This document shows, in pieces, positions 39,616-50,553 of a stretch of 64,000 nucleotides of DNA (positions within the stretch are counted from its first letter, which is position 1; the number at the start of each line of letters is the position of its first letter). Source of the DNA: an uncultured Verrucomicrobiae bacterium (GTDB taxonomy: Bacteria > Verrucomicrobiota > Verrucomicrobiia > Chthoniobacterales > UBA10450); assembly GCA_963756875.1 (NCBI GenBank), contig CAVWPA010000003.1, positions 416,001 to 480,000 of the forward strand, read 5' to 3'. The translations under genes and the position numbers were made by a program. Below the pieces are notes generated by a model, which did no database searches, had not been told where the DNA came from, and saw only the letters and a list, made by a program, of their open reading frames with translations.

Positions 39616-40545
39616 TCAGGCACGCGATTCCATCTCGCTCAAGTACGCTTCCGCCTCCAGCGCGGCCGCGCAGCCGGTGCCGGCGGCGGTGACTGCTTGC
39701 TTGTAAACGCGATCCACCACGTCGCCGGCCACGAACACACCGGGATGTTTGCTCTCGACCAGGTTTTTTGCGATTAAGTAGCCGTCGGGGTCTGTCTCTA
39801 GTTTGCCTCGATACGCCTTGGTATTTGGATCGTGGCCAATCGCAACGAACACGCAGGCCACGGGCAGTTCGCGTTCTTTGTTCGTCTTTACGTCGCGCAA
39901 GCGAACTGCGCGCATCTCGCCTTTTTCGTCCGCGATGTATTTCGTCACTGCCGTGTTCCAAATCGGTTCGATCTTCTTGTTCTCGAAAACCCGGTCGGCC
40001 ATGATTTTTGAGGCGCGCATCTTGTCGCGACGATGAATAAGATAAACTTTCGAAGCGAAGCGCGTGAGGAAAATGGACTCTTCTGCGGCTGAATCGCCGC
40101 CGCCTATCACGCAGACCGGCACATTCTTGTAAAAAGCGCCGTCACAAGTGGCGCAGCTCGTCAGCCCGTGGCCGACCAATTTTTCTTCGTTTTCAAGCCC
40201 GAGCCAGCGCGCGGACGCACCGCTGGCGATGATGAGCGCCTGCGCTTCCAGCCATTCGTCGTCGGCTTTAATGCGCACATGGCTGTTGCATGCCTCAAAG
40301 TCCGTCACTTCGGCATAGGAAAAACGGGCGCCGAATTTCTCCGCTTGTTTGTGCATGTTCAGAATGAGCTGGGGTCCGTCGATTCCATCTGGAAAGCCTG
40401 GATAATTTTCCACCAGCGTCGTGGTGGAAAGCTGGCCGCCGGGCTGGCGGCCCTCCAGGACGAGCGGACTGAGATTCGCGCGCGCCGCATAAATGGCTGC
40501 GGTCAACCCGGCGCAGCCGCTGCCAACGATGATGACTTTCTCCAT
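39616..40545 (-). CDS. trxB: Thioredoxin reductase
   Basis: GSGCAG, PGGQL, CATCDG, GGGDSAAEE, HRRD, AGDV. Confidence 0.96.
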   Translation of the reverse strand: MEKVIIVGSGCAGLTAAIYAARANLSPLVLEGRQPGGQLSTTTLVENYPGFPDGIDGPQLILNMHKQAEKFGARFSYAEVTDFEACNSHVRIKADDEWLEAQALIIASGASARWLGLENEEKLVGHGLTSCATCDGAFYKNVPVCVIGGGDSAAEESIFLTRFASKVYLIHRRDKMRASKIMADRVFENKKIEPIWNTAVTKYIADEKGEMRAVRLRDVKTNKERELPVACVFVAIGHDPNTKAYRGKLETDPDGYLIAKNLVESKHPGVFVAGDVVDRVYKQAVTAAGTGCAAALEAEAYLSEMESRA

Positions 40546-40617
40546 GAGTAAATCTAGCATGAGGCGCAAAGGCGCAAAGCATCGAGAGCTCCTTCCCGGG
40601 CAGAAAAAGGAAGAGTC

Positions 40618-40700
40618 TTTACAGAAGGCAACGAAGACAACGAAGGAGTGACGGGAACAATTGCAGGCCAGGCCTTTGTTATCTTCGTTTCCTTTTGTTG
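40618..40700. repeat. Inverted nonamer-repeat cassette
   Basis: ACAGAAGGCAACGAAGACAACGAAGG ... CCTTTGTTATCTTCGTTTCCTTTTGT. Confidence 0.6.
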
Positions 40701-40763
40701 AAGTTCCAGGATTGCAGCCGGCACGGCTGCCTCTACAATTGGTTTGTGATCAGCGGCGACGAG

Positions 40764-41951
40764 ATGATTTACCTCGATAACAACGCGACGACCCAGCTCG
40801 ATCCGGCCGTGGTCGAAGAGATGCTGCCGTTTCTAACGAACTCGTATGGTAATCCATCGAGTGGATACCAATTTGGCGCAGCCGCGCGCCGTGCGATCGA
40901 CCAGGCCCGCGAGCGATCGGCCGCCTTGCTCGGTTGCGAACCGGGCGAGATCGTCTTCACAAGTTGCGGGACGGAATCGAATAATGCGGCGATCAATTCG
41001 GCGCTGCAATTCGAGCCTCGCGGCAAACATATCGTAACGAGCGTGGTTGAGCACAGCTCGGTCCTGCGGCACTGCCAGGACCTGGCGAAGCGCGGATGTG
41101 AAGTCACGTTCCTCGGCGTCGATCAAAATGGAAACATCGACCTCGGCGAACTGGAACGCGCGATCCGCCCCGAAACAACCGTTGTTTCCCTCATGTGGGC
41201 GAACAACGAAACGGGCGTCTTGTTTCCCGTCGAGAAACTGGCGCAGATTTGCCGTGAGAAGGGCGTGTTTTTTCATACCGATGCCGTTCAAGCAGTAGGG
41301 AAAGTTCCGATTCGCCTGCGCGACTCCGCCGTCAATTTTCTATCGCTTTCCGCCCATAAATTCCATGGCCCGAAAGGCATCGGGGCGCTTTACGTGAATC
41401 GCCGATCGCGTTTTCGCCCGTCAATCATCGGCGGTGGCCAGGAAAACGGGCGGCGCGCGGGAACTGAAAACGTGGCGTCGATCGTCGCCCTGGGGAAAGC
41501 AGCTGAACGCAGTTCAGAATCTCTTTCCGAGGAGCGGACCCGTGTACTGAAGATGCGCGACCGATTCGAAAAGGCGATTCTGGAGAGGGTGAGCGGGGCC
41601 CGGGTCAACGGCGCCGGGGCGGAGCGCCTACCGAACACTTCCAACATTTCTTTTACGGGAATCGAATCGGATGCCGCGTTGATGTTATTGGACCGGCACC
41701 GACTCTGTTGTTCCGCCGGCTCGGCTTGCCGGACCGGTTCACATGAAGGGTCGCACGTCTTGCGCGCAATGAAATTGAACGACGAATTGTTGCGCGGCAG
41801 TTTGCGTTTTTCATTTGGCCGATTCAATTCCGAAAGCGACGTAGATCGAGGAATTGAAATGGTGCCGAACGTCATCGCGAAGTTGCGTGAACTTTCCGAG
41901 GCGTCGGTTGCCGCGACGGTCTCACAATCGCCCGTTAAATTCGTTCAATAA
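40764..41951 (+). CDS. nifS: Cysteine desulfurase, group I (NifS/IscS)
   Basis: YLDNNATT, ANNETG, HTDAVQ, SAHKFHGPKG, SAGSAC. Confidence 0.93.
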   Translation: MIYLDNNATTQLDPAVVEEMLPFLTNSYGNPSSGYQFGAAARRAIDQARERSAALLGCEPGEIVFTSCGTESNNAAINSALQFEPRGKHIVTSVVEHSSVLRHCQDLAKRGCEVTFLGVDQNGNIDLGELERAIRPETTVVSLMWANNETGVLFPVEKLAQICREKGVFFHTDAVQAVGKVPIRLRDSAVNFLSLSAHKFHGPKGIGALYVNRRSRFRPSIIGGGQENGRRAGTENVASIVALGKAAERSSESLSEERTRVLKMRDRFEKAILERVSGARVNGAGAERLPNTSNISFTGIESDAALMLLDRHRLCCSAGSACRTGSHEGSHVLRAMKLNDELLRGSLRFSFGRFNSESDVDRGIEMVPNVIAKLRELSEASVAATVSQSPVKFVQ

Positions 41952-42077
41952 GTGACCGCTTTTGGCTGTGAGCTGCGGCCCCACATTGGCTGCATCGCGT
42001 GAGAATCTGGCCTTGAACGGCTTTTTTTGCTCGATTTTGCATCCTTAGGCAAGGAATCTGCAGCTTTTGAGCTAGCA

Positions 42078-43355
42078 ATGAGCAAATTCCGATTTCTCTC
42101 ATGCATCCTGATTCTCGCCGTGGTGCTCAGCTGGTCGTCGGCCGTGCGTGCAGTTATACTTCTTTCTACAGGCGATCCCACGGTCAATACCAGCGAGCCA
42201 ACGGGTGTTCTGGCGGGCAGCGGTTGGCAGTATGAAGGAAGCTTCGGATGGTTTCTCGGAACTGCCATCGGACCGCACTATTTCATTACAGTGAAGCATA
42301 TCGGCATTGCGTCGAATGTGTTCGTGTATCAAGGAGTGAGTTACACGGTCGTCCAGTGGTTCGATGATCCGATAAGCGAGTTACGCATTTTCGAAGTCGC
42401 AGAAGCGATGCCTACCTATGCGCCGCTATATGCAGGAGTTGACGAACTCAACCGCGATATTGTCGTGATTGGCCGCGGCACACAGCGCGGCAATCCGGTT
42501 TATCTGGGAGGAACCTTGCGTGGCTGGCAGTGGGGTGTAGGTGACGGGGTTCAACGCTGGGGAGAAAATCAAGTCGCTGCAGTGAACGGAAACTCGCTTT
42601 ACGCAATCTTCGACCAAAACGGTGGCTCAAACGAAGCGCAACTTTCTTCCGGTGATTCAGGTGGCGCAACTTTCATGAACGACGCGGGCGTGTGGAAACT
42701 TGCCGGCATCAACTATGCGATTGATGACGCTGTTTCTAGCGCGCCCACAAGCGCCAGTTTCGAGGCCGCATTATTCGACGCTCGTGGATTCTATGATTCG
42801 AGCCAAAAGCTCATTTCTGGCAGTGGACCCATCCCGACAGGATTTTATGCTTTGAGAATATCGCAGAGATTAGCGTGGATACAGGGCGTCATCGCCCCAG
42901 GCACACCTAGTCCGACTCCGGCACCTAGTCCCACGGCAACCCCGAGCGCAACGCCAGCAACGACACCGAGTCCCACGCCCCCTCCGACCGGGGCGGCACA
43001 GATGCTTAGCCCGGGGCCTGGATCCACTTTTGCTTCGTCCACCATGACCTTCGTGTGGAGTCCCGGCAGCGCCAATAAGTACTCAATTTTCGTAGGTAAT
43101 TCGGTCGGGGGATCGGACATTTATAATTCTGGTAATCTCAGTGTTCGTTCTGTCACCGTGAGAAATATTCCTACTAATGGAGAGGTTATCCATGTACGCC
43201 TTCGGTCGCATATTAACCGCAAATGGGAGTCGGTTGATTATGTATACAGCGCTTACAGCTACGATCCCTCGCCAACGCCAACTCCGGCGCCAAGCGCGAC
43301 GCCAGCCCCGACGCCAGCCCCGACGCCAAGCGCGACGCCACCCCGACAAAGGTGA
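42078..43355 (+). CDS. Secreted trypsin-like protease domain, PT linker and C-terminal beta domain
   Basis: Signal peptide, FITVKH, GDSGG; Pro/Thr repeats; tail probably continues to 43440 past indels near 43340. Confidence 0.75.
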   Translation: MSKFRFLSCILILAVVLSWSSAVRAVILLSTGDPTVNTSEPTGVLAGSGWQYEGSFGWFLGTAIGPHYFITVKHIGIASNVFVYQGVSYTVVQWFDDPISELRIFEVAEAMPTYAPLYAGVDELNRDIVVIGRGTQRGNPVYLGGTLRGWQWGVGDGVQRWGENQVAAVNGNSLYAIFDQNGGSNEAQLSSGDSGGATFMNDAGVWKLAGINYAIDDAVSSAPTSASFEAALFDARGFYDSSQKLISGSGPIPTGFYALRISQRLAWIQGVIAPGTPSPTPAPSPTATPSATPATTPSPTPPPTGAAQMLSPGPGSTFASSTMTFVWSPGSANKYSIFVGNSVGGSDIYNSGNLSVRSVTVRNIPTNGEVIHVRLRSHINRKWESVDYVYSAYSYDPSPTPTPAPSATPAPTPAPTPSATPPRQR

Positions 43356-43535
43356 GCCAGCCCCGACACCAAGCGTGACGCCAGCCCCGGTTGTAACGCC
43401 GGCGCCGCGACGAGGGCCTAAGCCACCTATCAATCCGTGATGGGCCTCGGCTGCATTCGACTCCCTCCCTTCTGATTTGCTCGCTCCTGCGGGAATGCGC
43501 CCTAAATGGTACATTTACTGCTCCTCCAAAGGTGA

Positions 43536-44075
43536 TTGAATTACCATCAATTCCATAATATTAGGACGATTAGGAGCCGGGCGGTCGCGTTCACGTTGGT
43601 CGAAACCGTTATTGCAATCGCCGTCCTCGGCATCGGCGTCGCTTCCACCGTGGGCGCCTTGACGCACATCAACAGCATCGCGGCAACGTCCCGCAACCAA
43701 ACAGGCGCTTACGCCGCCCTCATGAGTCAGGTCGATCTTTTCCGGTCAATGAGTCCCTTTAACCCACAGAAGACGAACCAGGATGGCACCCCTCAGATTC
43801 CCAAGGACGCGTTTCATACGTTTCCAACCTACGATATGACGGTTGGAACGCATCAGATGTCGGTTGATGGCGTGAGCCACAATGTCCCTGTCTATGAATA
43901 CCGGGATTCGACCAACAAGGTTCTGGTAGTGGTCAACGGAACGCTCACAGAGACAGTGACCGATCTTTCGGCGTCTCTTCCGAATACCTACCAGGCGGTA
44001 TTCACGATCACTTACAAGTATCGCAATCGCACCTACACCTACTCGATCAGCACTATCCGGACGTCCGATATATGA
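43536..44075 (+). CDS. Type IV pilin/pseudopilin-like protein
   Basis: A-FTLVETVIAIAVLGIG prepilin cleavage/methylation motif. Confidence 0.85.
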   Translation: MNYHQFHNIRTIRSRAVAFTLVETVIAIAVLGIGVASTVGALTHINSIAATSRNQTGAYAALMSQVDLFRSMSPFNPQKTNQDGTPQIPKDAFHTFPTYDMTVGTHQMSVDGVSHNVPVYEYRDSTNKVLVVVNGTLTETVTDLSASLPNTYQAVFTITYKYRNRTYTYSISTIRTSDI

Positions 44076-44922
44076 AATCTTCTTCGCCCCGGGCCGGGTT
44101 CACCCTGGTAGAGTTAATGGTTACTTGCGCGCTGATCGGCGTCGTCGGCTTGGTACCGTGTACTCGCTGCTCAACATCACCATGGTGCTGGGCGCAAAAA
44201 ACACTGCCTTAAATGTTGCGCACCAGCAGGCTCGCATTGCGATGATTGACATGCTTCAAGACATTCACTCCGCGGTGTCGCTGCCAGCGTTGTCCGACTT
44301 GAACGGAAACCCTTATCCGTTGCCGGCGCCGAGTGCTGCGCCGGGAATTTCTTTTCAAGAGTGGTCAAGCGGGCCGCACAAGATCATCAACGACGCAAAC
44401 ATCGGCAATACTCAAATCAGCATCGCGCTCACTCCCAATGCGGGTCCAACTCCCGTAGCCGGGCAGCGCCTGATTATCCCCGCATATCAGATCGAAGCCG
44501 ATATTGCATCGATTGCGAGCTCTAGTCCTTCGAATTTCAAGATCAATCTGACCAACATATCCGGACCGGCCGTTCCGAACGTGACCTATCCGACAAATTC
44601 TCTGCCGGTTGCAATTAAAGGCACAGACAGTAGCGCTGGCGATACCATTTGCTTTGTGACGGACCGCTGTTCGTACACGGTTGTCGGGAGCACGCTCACC
44701 TGGAAATGGAAAGGTAATGTTCGGACGGCAGCGAGTGATATTACTAACTTGACTCCTTTCAGCACGCCGACAACGCCGGCCGGCGCACTTTACTATCGAT
44801 TTGTAGCCGCGATCGACCTTTCAACGTCAGACCACCAATACAGCAATCGTGGCTACAAATCAGCAAACATTCTGCTCAACGGACAGGTTCCATTTAAGGC
44901 GCGGCTTACAACTTATCAATGA
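44072..44922 (+). CDS. Pseudopilin-like protein (frameshift near 44150)
   Basis: ATG 44072 MKSSSPRAG-FTLVELMVTCALIGVV joins ORF 44125..44922 after one indel; ATGA overlaps on both sides. Confidence 0.8.
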
Positions 44923-46784
44923 AAACGAAATACAGTTCTAACAAATCCGGTAGTACTTTAGCGGTTGTGATAGCGACGATGGCAATCCTGATGGTTGTCG
45001 TCGGCATCGCGATTGATTACACGACTACCATTAATCGGAATACGCAGCGCAGTAGCACTCAACAAACGGCGCTCGCGCTGGCTGACGACGCCTTAGAAGT
45101 GCTGTTTAACAATTGGAGATCAACGTGTCGTGGTACACCGACTACGACATTCAAGACAAGCGATTTTTCAGCTATTCCGACGCCGTCGCCGTTCCCAAAT
45201 ATGCCTAGCGCCAATTTCGTGAAACGAGGAACGAACTACGATCCGGCGACCGATGAATACGATTCAGGCTATACCATCTCAAATTACAAGGTGGTTGCAG
45301 TGACTGCGGAATATACCGCGCTCGCGAAAGCGGACGCGACGCCTGAACCGCAACTCGGACAACTGAGCGGCAACGTAAACTCCGACGTTTCGAACACGAC
45401 GACCTCTGCCACTTATAATTATATTGCCTCCGCCGACGTTACCTTGCCGACGTCATTTGGATCCGGCACCGTGGTCGCGAAGGTCCGGCGTGTGTTTTCG
45501 AGGCAGCAGCTTTCGCCATGGCAGTGGGCCATTTTTTATCTCGATCCGTTAGAAATTAATCCAGGGCCACAGTTTACGGTGACAGGCTGGGTCCACACGA
45601 ACTCGGACCTTTATACGGCGCACAACACGCTGACCTTCGCAGACAAGGTTACGTACGGGTCCGACTGGTTCATTAATTTTATGCCTGGCGACGCGCAACA
45701 CCCAGGGGAAACTCCGCAATCGCCAAACTATCCAAACAATCTGCCGCCTGCGCGCGATCAGGAATTACAACCGTTCGGACTCGACGCGAGCTTGGTTTTC
45801 GACACGACGGACAACAACCAGAACAACGACAGCTACGTCGAACTGATTCAGCCGCCTTCCGGTAAGAATGATCCAATGTCCGGTTCACGGTACTGGGATC
45901 AGGCAAGCGTCGTTATCCAAGTGGACAACGATAACAACGTAACGATTGGCAAGCCGAAGGCGAACGGGGGTATCGATACGAAGCACATCTCCTCCGATCT
46001 CCAAGACATGTTCAGCAGCGCGATCACTACGAACCAAACGATCCAGGATAATCGCGAAGGAGCAAGCATTCGCTTGGTGACGCTTGACGTTAGCAAAATT
46101 CTGAGCAGCACAAATCCGCCTACCTATAAGTCATCCAGCTTTAATGGAATTGTTTACATTTATGATAATAGCTACAGCTCCAGCAAGAGACGTGGGGTTC
46201 GCTTGGTGAATGGCTCCAAAATTCCCTCGACCACCGGACTTACCGTTGCCAGCCAGAATCCTGTTTATATCCAGGGTGACTTCAATACCGGCGGAACCGG
46301 TGGCAGCGTTCCGTCGAACGCGGGCGGCGCGTATAACAATAACAATCTGCCTAACCCTCAGGTATCGGGTTACGCACGCGCATCCTGCTCCATCTTGGCC
46401 GATGCCGTGAATATCCTGTCCAATAACTGGGTGGACTCGCACTCGTCTAACGGACTCAGCTCGCGCATAGCCAGCAACACGACCGTCAATGCAGCCATCG
46501 TCTCCGGAATCGTTCCCACCAACGTTTACAACGATGGCGGTTACAGCGGCGGCGCAGAAAACTTCCCGCGCTTCCTGGAGGACTGGTCGAACGCCACCCT
46601 CACCTATTACGGATCGATGGTGGAGCTTTACAAAAGCCAACAGTCCACAGGCGAATGGGGTATGGGCAACGTTTACAATGCGCCGACCCGGAAGTGGTTT
46701 TTCGATAATAACTTTAAGTTGAGCCCTCCGCCTGGCTCGCTAATGGTCTACAGCTACATCAAAGGCAGATGGTACGTTCTTTAA
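44919..46784 (+). CDS. Large PilX-like pilin with HpsA-like C-terminal motif
   Basis: G-STLAVVIATMAILMVVVG; C-terminal SGGAENFPRFLEDW..YGSMV..YNAPTRKWFFD..PPPG. Confidence 0.78.
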   Translation: MKTKYSSNKSGSTLAVVIATMAILMVVVGIAIDYTTTINRNTQRSSTQQTALALADDALEVLFNNWRSTCRGTPTTTFKTSDFSAIPTPSPFPNMPSANFVKRGTNYDPATDEYDSGYTISNYKVVAVTAEYTALAKADATPEPQLGQLSGNVNSDVSNTTTSATYNYIASADVTLPTSFGSGTVVAKVRRVFSRQQLSPWQWAIFYLDPLEINPGPQFTVTGWVHTNSDLYTAHNTLTFADKVTYGSDWFINFMPGDAQHPGETPQSPNYPNNLPPARDQELQPFGLDASLVFDTTDNNQNNDSYVELIQPPSGKNDPMSGSRYWDQASVVIQVDNDNNVTIGKPKANGGIDTKHISSDLQDMFSSAITTNQTIQDNREGASIRLVTLDVSKILSSTNPPTYKSSSFNGIVYIYDNSYSSSKRRGVRLVNGSKIPSTTGLTVASQNPVYIQGDFNTGGTGGSVPSNAGGAYNNNNLPNPQVSGYARASCSILADAVNILSNNWVDSHSSNGLSSRIASNTTVNAAIVSGIVPTNVYNDGGYSGGAENFPRFLEDWSNATLTYYGSMVELYKSQQSTGEWGMGNVYNAPTRKWFFDNNFKLSPPPGSLMVYSYIKGRWYVL

Positions 46785-47344
46785 TTTCAGCCGCCATCAG
46801 CTTGTTCCTGGTCGCAGTCGCGCGCGGGGACCTGCAACTGGTGCCGAAGCCGGTCGAATACGAGCTCGACGGCGTCAAGTTAAAGCAGCTCGCATTTTCC
46901 GACGGAGGGGCAAAGGAGATTACTTACTCGCCGCCGCGAGGTTGGGAATACTCGGGCAGCGCCAACAAGCTGACACTGCACCCTCCGAATAAACCGCAGG
47001 CTGAAGCCACGATCTACTGGATCCCCCTTCCCGAACCGGCTGCGGCCACGTTTGACGATCAAACTGTAAAGAAACTCGTGGAGGAAACGTTGGGCGCGGC
47101 GCCAAGTGGGAGCACCAACGTTCGGCTGGTTTCGCAGGAAAAAGACCCGCTCATGATCGAGCGCAAGGGAACATTCCTCGTTGTCGTAAGTTACGATCTC
47201 TATGGTAACAGTTACACCCGCTCCGTAATGTTTCTAAACCGCGGCAAAGAGCAGGTGCGATTTCAACTTCTCTGCCGTTCTGGCGATTTCAAAGAATTGC
47301 AAAAGGCTTTTCTGGGCAGCCAATATTCCTGGCAAGGTCTCTGA
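46769..47344 (+). CDS. Hypothetical secreted protein
   Basis: Signal peptide; overlaps the end of the pilin cassette. Confidence 0.7.
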   Translation: MVRSLISAAISLFLVAVARGDLQLVPKPVEYELDGVKLKQLAFSDGGAKEITYSPPRGWEYSGSANKLTLHPPNKPQAEATIYWIPLPEPAAATFDDQTVKKLVEETLGAAPSGSTNVRLVSQEKDPLMIERKGTFLVVVSYDLYGNSYTRSVMFLNRGKEQVRFQLLCRSGDFKELQKAFLGSQYSWQGL

Positions 47345-47628
47345 TTCTGAGCCCGGCCGGCGTTCTGTCCTGCGGTTGTGGGCGCGGCTTCCTGAACACG
47401 CCTTGAAGCGAAAAAGGCGGGAGGCATTCTCCAGCCGCAATCGGCTTTCGTAAAGCGAGCGACCTTCGCGCGTTCGAGAGGATGGTGCCGTAAATCTCGG
47501 TCTGTCACCGCGGCGCGACGCAACTTTTAGCGAAGCGGCCGAACCCGTCGGCACCTAGGAATCTGGTGGACGCCTTACGACAATTTGTCTTGACTTGGGA
47601 CGGCTGGCTCCTGTAAAAGAGCCGTCTA

Positions 47629-47675
47629 TTGACGGTGCGATATAAATATGAGAATTATAGAAATCACTATTAAAT
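47629..47675 (+). promoter_or_regulatory. Conserved promoter motif upstream of PEP-CTERM gene 1
   Basis: TTGACG-N9-AAATATGAGAATTATAGAAATCACTATTAAAT; matches 50554..50599. Confidence 0.7.
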
Positions 47676-47753
47676 CGGCAAGCTAAGAAAAAGTTTAGGC
47701 TCACCGAAGGGTATTAAAACGCACTTAAAAAAACAACAGCGACGAACATCCAT

Positions 47754-48440
47754 ATGAGAATAATCAAACCTAATCGCCTCCTCAAAATCACGCTCTTACT
47801 CGCGTGCAGCTTAACATTCCTAACCACCTCCGCTTGGGCCACGCTGGTGACATGGACGCTGAACCCGACTTCCACGAATGCCCCGGTTGGGTCAAGCAGC
47901 GAGGCTTACACCGTATCCGGGTACACGATCACGGCTCGTGGCTACGACAATTCTGGCGGCGTCGGCACAGCCCACGATTTGTTCTTTAAGAATGGCGGCG
48001 GAGACGAGATCGGTCTCGGGCTGGTGAACACCCCCAACAACGAGCTCCAGATCGACAGCCACGGCGATCCGCTTCAGTTCATCCAATTGGATCTCACCTC
48101 GATTCTTTCTCAAGGCTTCACGAATGGACAAATTGAGGTTGGTAGCGTGCAATCCGGCGAATCGTTCTTCCTCTACGGTTCGAATGTACTCGGTTCTCTG
48201 GGGACCAAGTTGAACAATACGCCGTACGGAAGCAGCTCCGACAATCAATTCTTGTCGGTTCCTAACTTCGGAAGCTATCAATTCATCTCGGTCGTCGCCG
48301 CCGCCGCCGATGTGCTTCCTGTCGCATTTCAGGCGTCGATCGTTCCGATTCCCGAGCCAGCGAGCTTGATTCCGGTTGCTTGTCTGGTAGTCGCTGCGAC
48401 GGCTCTTGAAGCCAGACGACGCCGGCGCGTGAGCGTATAG
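47754..48440 (+). CDS. PEP-CTERM-type surface protein
   Basis: Signal peptide; PIPEPASLIPVACLVVAATALEARRRRR. Confidence 0.85.
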   Translation: MRIIKPNRLLKITLLLACSLTFLTTSAWATLVTWTLNPTSTNAPVGSSSEAYTVSGYTITARGYDNSGGVGTAHDLFFKNGGGDEIGLGLVNTPNNELQIDSHGDPLQFIQLDLTSILSQGFTNGQIEVGSVQSGESFFLYGSNVLGSLGTKLNNTPYGSSSDNQFLSVPNFGSYQFISVVAAAADVLPVAFQASIVPIPEPASLIPVACLVVAATALEARRRRRVSV

Positions 48441-48463
48441 TTTTTGCTGATTGTTTAACTGGT

Positions 48464-48495
48464 GGCCGCTCCAACGGGAGCGGCCGCTCTCTTTT
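48464..48495 (+). terminator. Intrinsic terminator
   Basis: GGCCGCTCC-AACG-GGAGCGGCC followed by TCTCTTTT. Confidence 0.7.
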
Positions 48496-48531
48496 AGGCC
48501 GATTCTTTGGGCTTGGTAAAAAGTTGGCAGA

Positions 48532-50236
48532 CTAGCGGAACGACTTCTCCGCTTTGGCCACGAGCCGACTTTCTTCGGGCAAGAGCTTCGCTGCCCGTGC
48601 GAGCTTTAGATACTCCTTCGCCTTTTCGGCTTTGCCCGTCGCCACTAGAACAACACCATAATAAGCTGCTATTGGCGGGTCGTGTAGTTCGCTTTGGCTT
48701 AGACCGTTCATGATCTTAAGCGCGCCTTTGGCGTCACCCTTCGTGTAAAGAGCAAAAGCATAGGTCGACGTATAAGCAGGGTTGGATCCTTCCTTGCGAT
48801 AAAGTTGGGCCGCGACCGCCCGTGCGTGTTTTACGTCGACATTCAGAAGCAGACTTACCTGTGCAAGATTGTTTTGAATTCGGGGATCATCCGGATCCAC
48901 TTTTTCGAGGCGCACGAGCACCCGGTACAGTCCGACGGTATCAGCTGTGTCCGAGTGACCGCTGGTAGAGCTCCTGGAGCGCTTCGAATTGTTTGTCAGG
49001 CTGCTTTGTGAGGAGCCAAAGCAAATCCAACGTTTCTTTCTGCCAGCCCCACTGCGCGGCCGCGCGGGCGAGCGCGGCCAGATACTCTGACTGACCCGAC
49101 GCCTCCTTTTGTGCAAATTCCCATTCGCGGTCGGCAGCGATCGGTTTTCCCTGTTTGCGCGCCGCGAGGGCGAGATATGCGTGCCGCAGAAATTCGAATT
49201 GGTTCCAGTTCGAACCTGTAACCGTCGCCTCTATTCCTTTCCAATCTGCCAGTTTGCCGTGGGCCTCGGCGATCGCTAGCGGCACCGGCCATTTACTCAG
49301 TTTATCTTTCGGCAAGTTATGGGCAAAATCGATGGCGACCAGGCTCATGCCATTGGCCGTCATCCACGAAAGCAGGCTGCCCAAATCGACCGGATTGGAA
49401 GCCGCCTCCTTTTCCATCGCTGTGAGATATCCAGGAAATTTCGCGTCGTCTAGTTGCCGAAGAATTTCCAGATAAAGAATACGATCTTCGAATGTGGCGC
49501 GCGGATAATTTTGCAGGTCCCACGCCCACGCTTTTAGCTCATCTGGATCCCCAAGATGTTTTGTTCCATCTAAAATCAGTGTCCGAGTGGCCAGCGACCG
49601 TTGTTTATCGTCCCCGCGCAATTGTTGTAAGATCGATAAAGCAGTCTTCCGCTTGGCTGGATTGTTCATACGCAAAAGCGCGAGAGCGAACTGCAATTGA
49701 TACGCCTTGTTTCTGGGCGCCGATTCTAACGCTTTTTCCCACTCTTTCTCCGCCTCGGCGGGTCGCTTCTTTGCTTCCGCCAAACGCGCAGTCGCGACGT
49801 GAAAATCGGGTCCTTGTCGGCCTTTTTCGTTGACCTGCCGCAACGCTTGTTCCGCGATCGCAATATCGTTGAACTGCAAAGCGCATGTGGCCAGCGCGAG
49901 GAGATCTTCCACTGAATTCGGCGCGATCTCGGTGGCCTTGCGACGCCAGTCCAGCGCAGTCCGATTGCCGGACGCCTCGGAAATCTGCGCGAGAATCCGC
50001 ACGGCGTTCACATTTTTAGTGTCCAGCTGCAGCGCGCTCTGCGCGCTTAGGGCCGCTTGCCGCAAATCTCCACCACCCAAGTAAGCTGCGGCGCGCCGCG
50101 CCAAGTGACGCGATTGCATCGCGGCATAAAAATGATATCCGCCCCAGCAAAGCAGAATAAAGAGAACAAGCCCGACGAACCCGCCGAATACGAGTTTAAT
50201 ACAGCTTCGTTGCGTTTTTTCGACGGATATTTGCAC
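48532..50236 (-). CDS. Membrane-anchored TPR-like protein 1 (+1 frameshift near 48960)
   Basis: ORFs 48941..50236 and 48532..49116 join and are collinear with the 51396 paralogue (NNLAQVSLLLNVD, STYAFALY). Confidence 0.8.
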
Positions 50237-50553
50237 GTTCGTCTAGAATTAGGGATGCGGCGGGTTTGGCCAATGTCAATTGCTCGTCAAGGGCTGCTCA
50301 CAATTGCACCGTCTGAAACGGCACTTCGCGTACCCGGCGGCGAACAGGATGATCGTGGCGACCGAGAGTGACGATGGAGCCCGGCGGACAACAGAAGGGA
50401 GCAAAACGGGCGGCTGCGGTATCGCTGGCCAGGACGCGTTATGTCGATTCGCCGGCAGTTTCTCTCTTGCCCCAATTTTATGCTTGCCATCGGTGGCGGT
50501 TCTCAGGTAAAAACGGCATCGATTAGGGCAAATCAGCGGCATGAAATTTGTTG

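Noticed and set aside
42900..43400. Tandem DNA repeats
   Set aside because: Explained by Pro/Thr linker codons of the protease-like gene.
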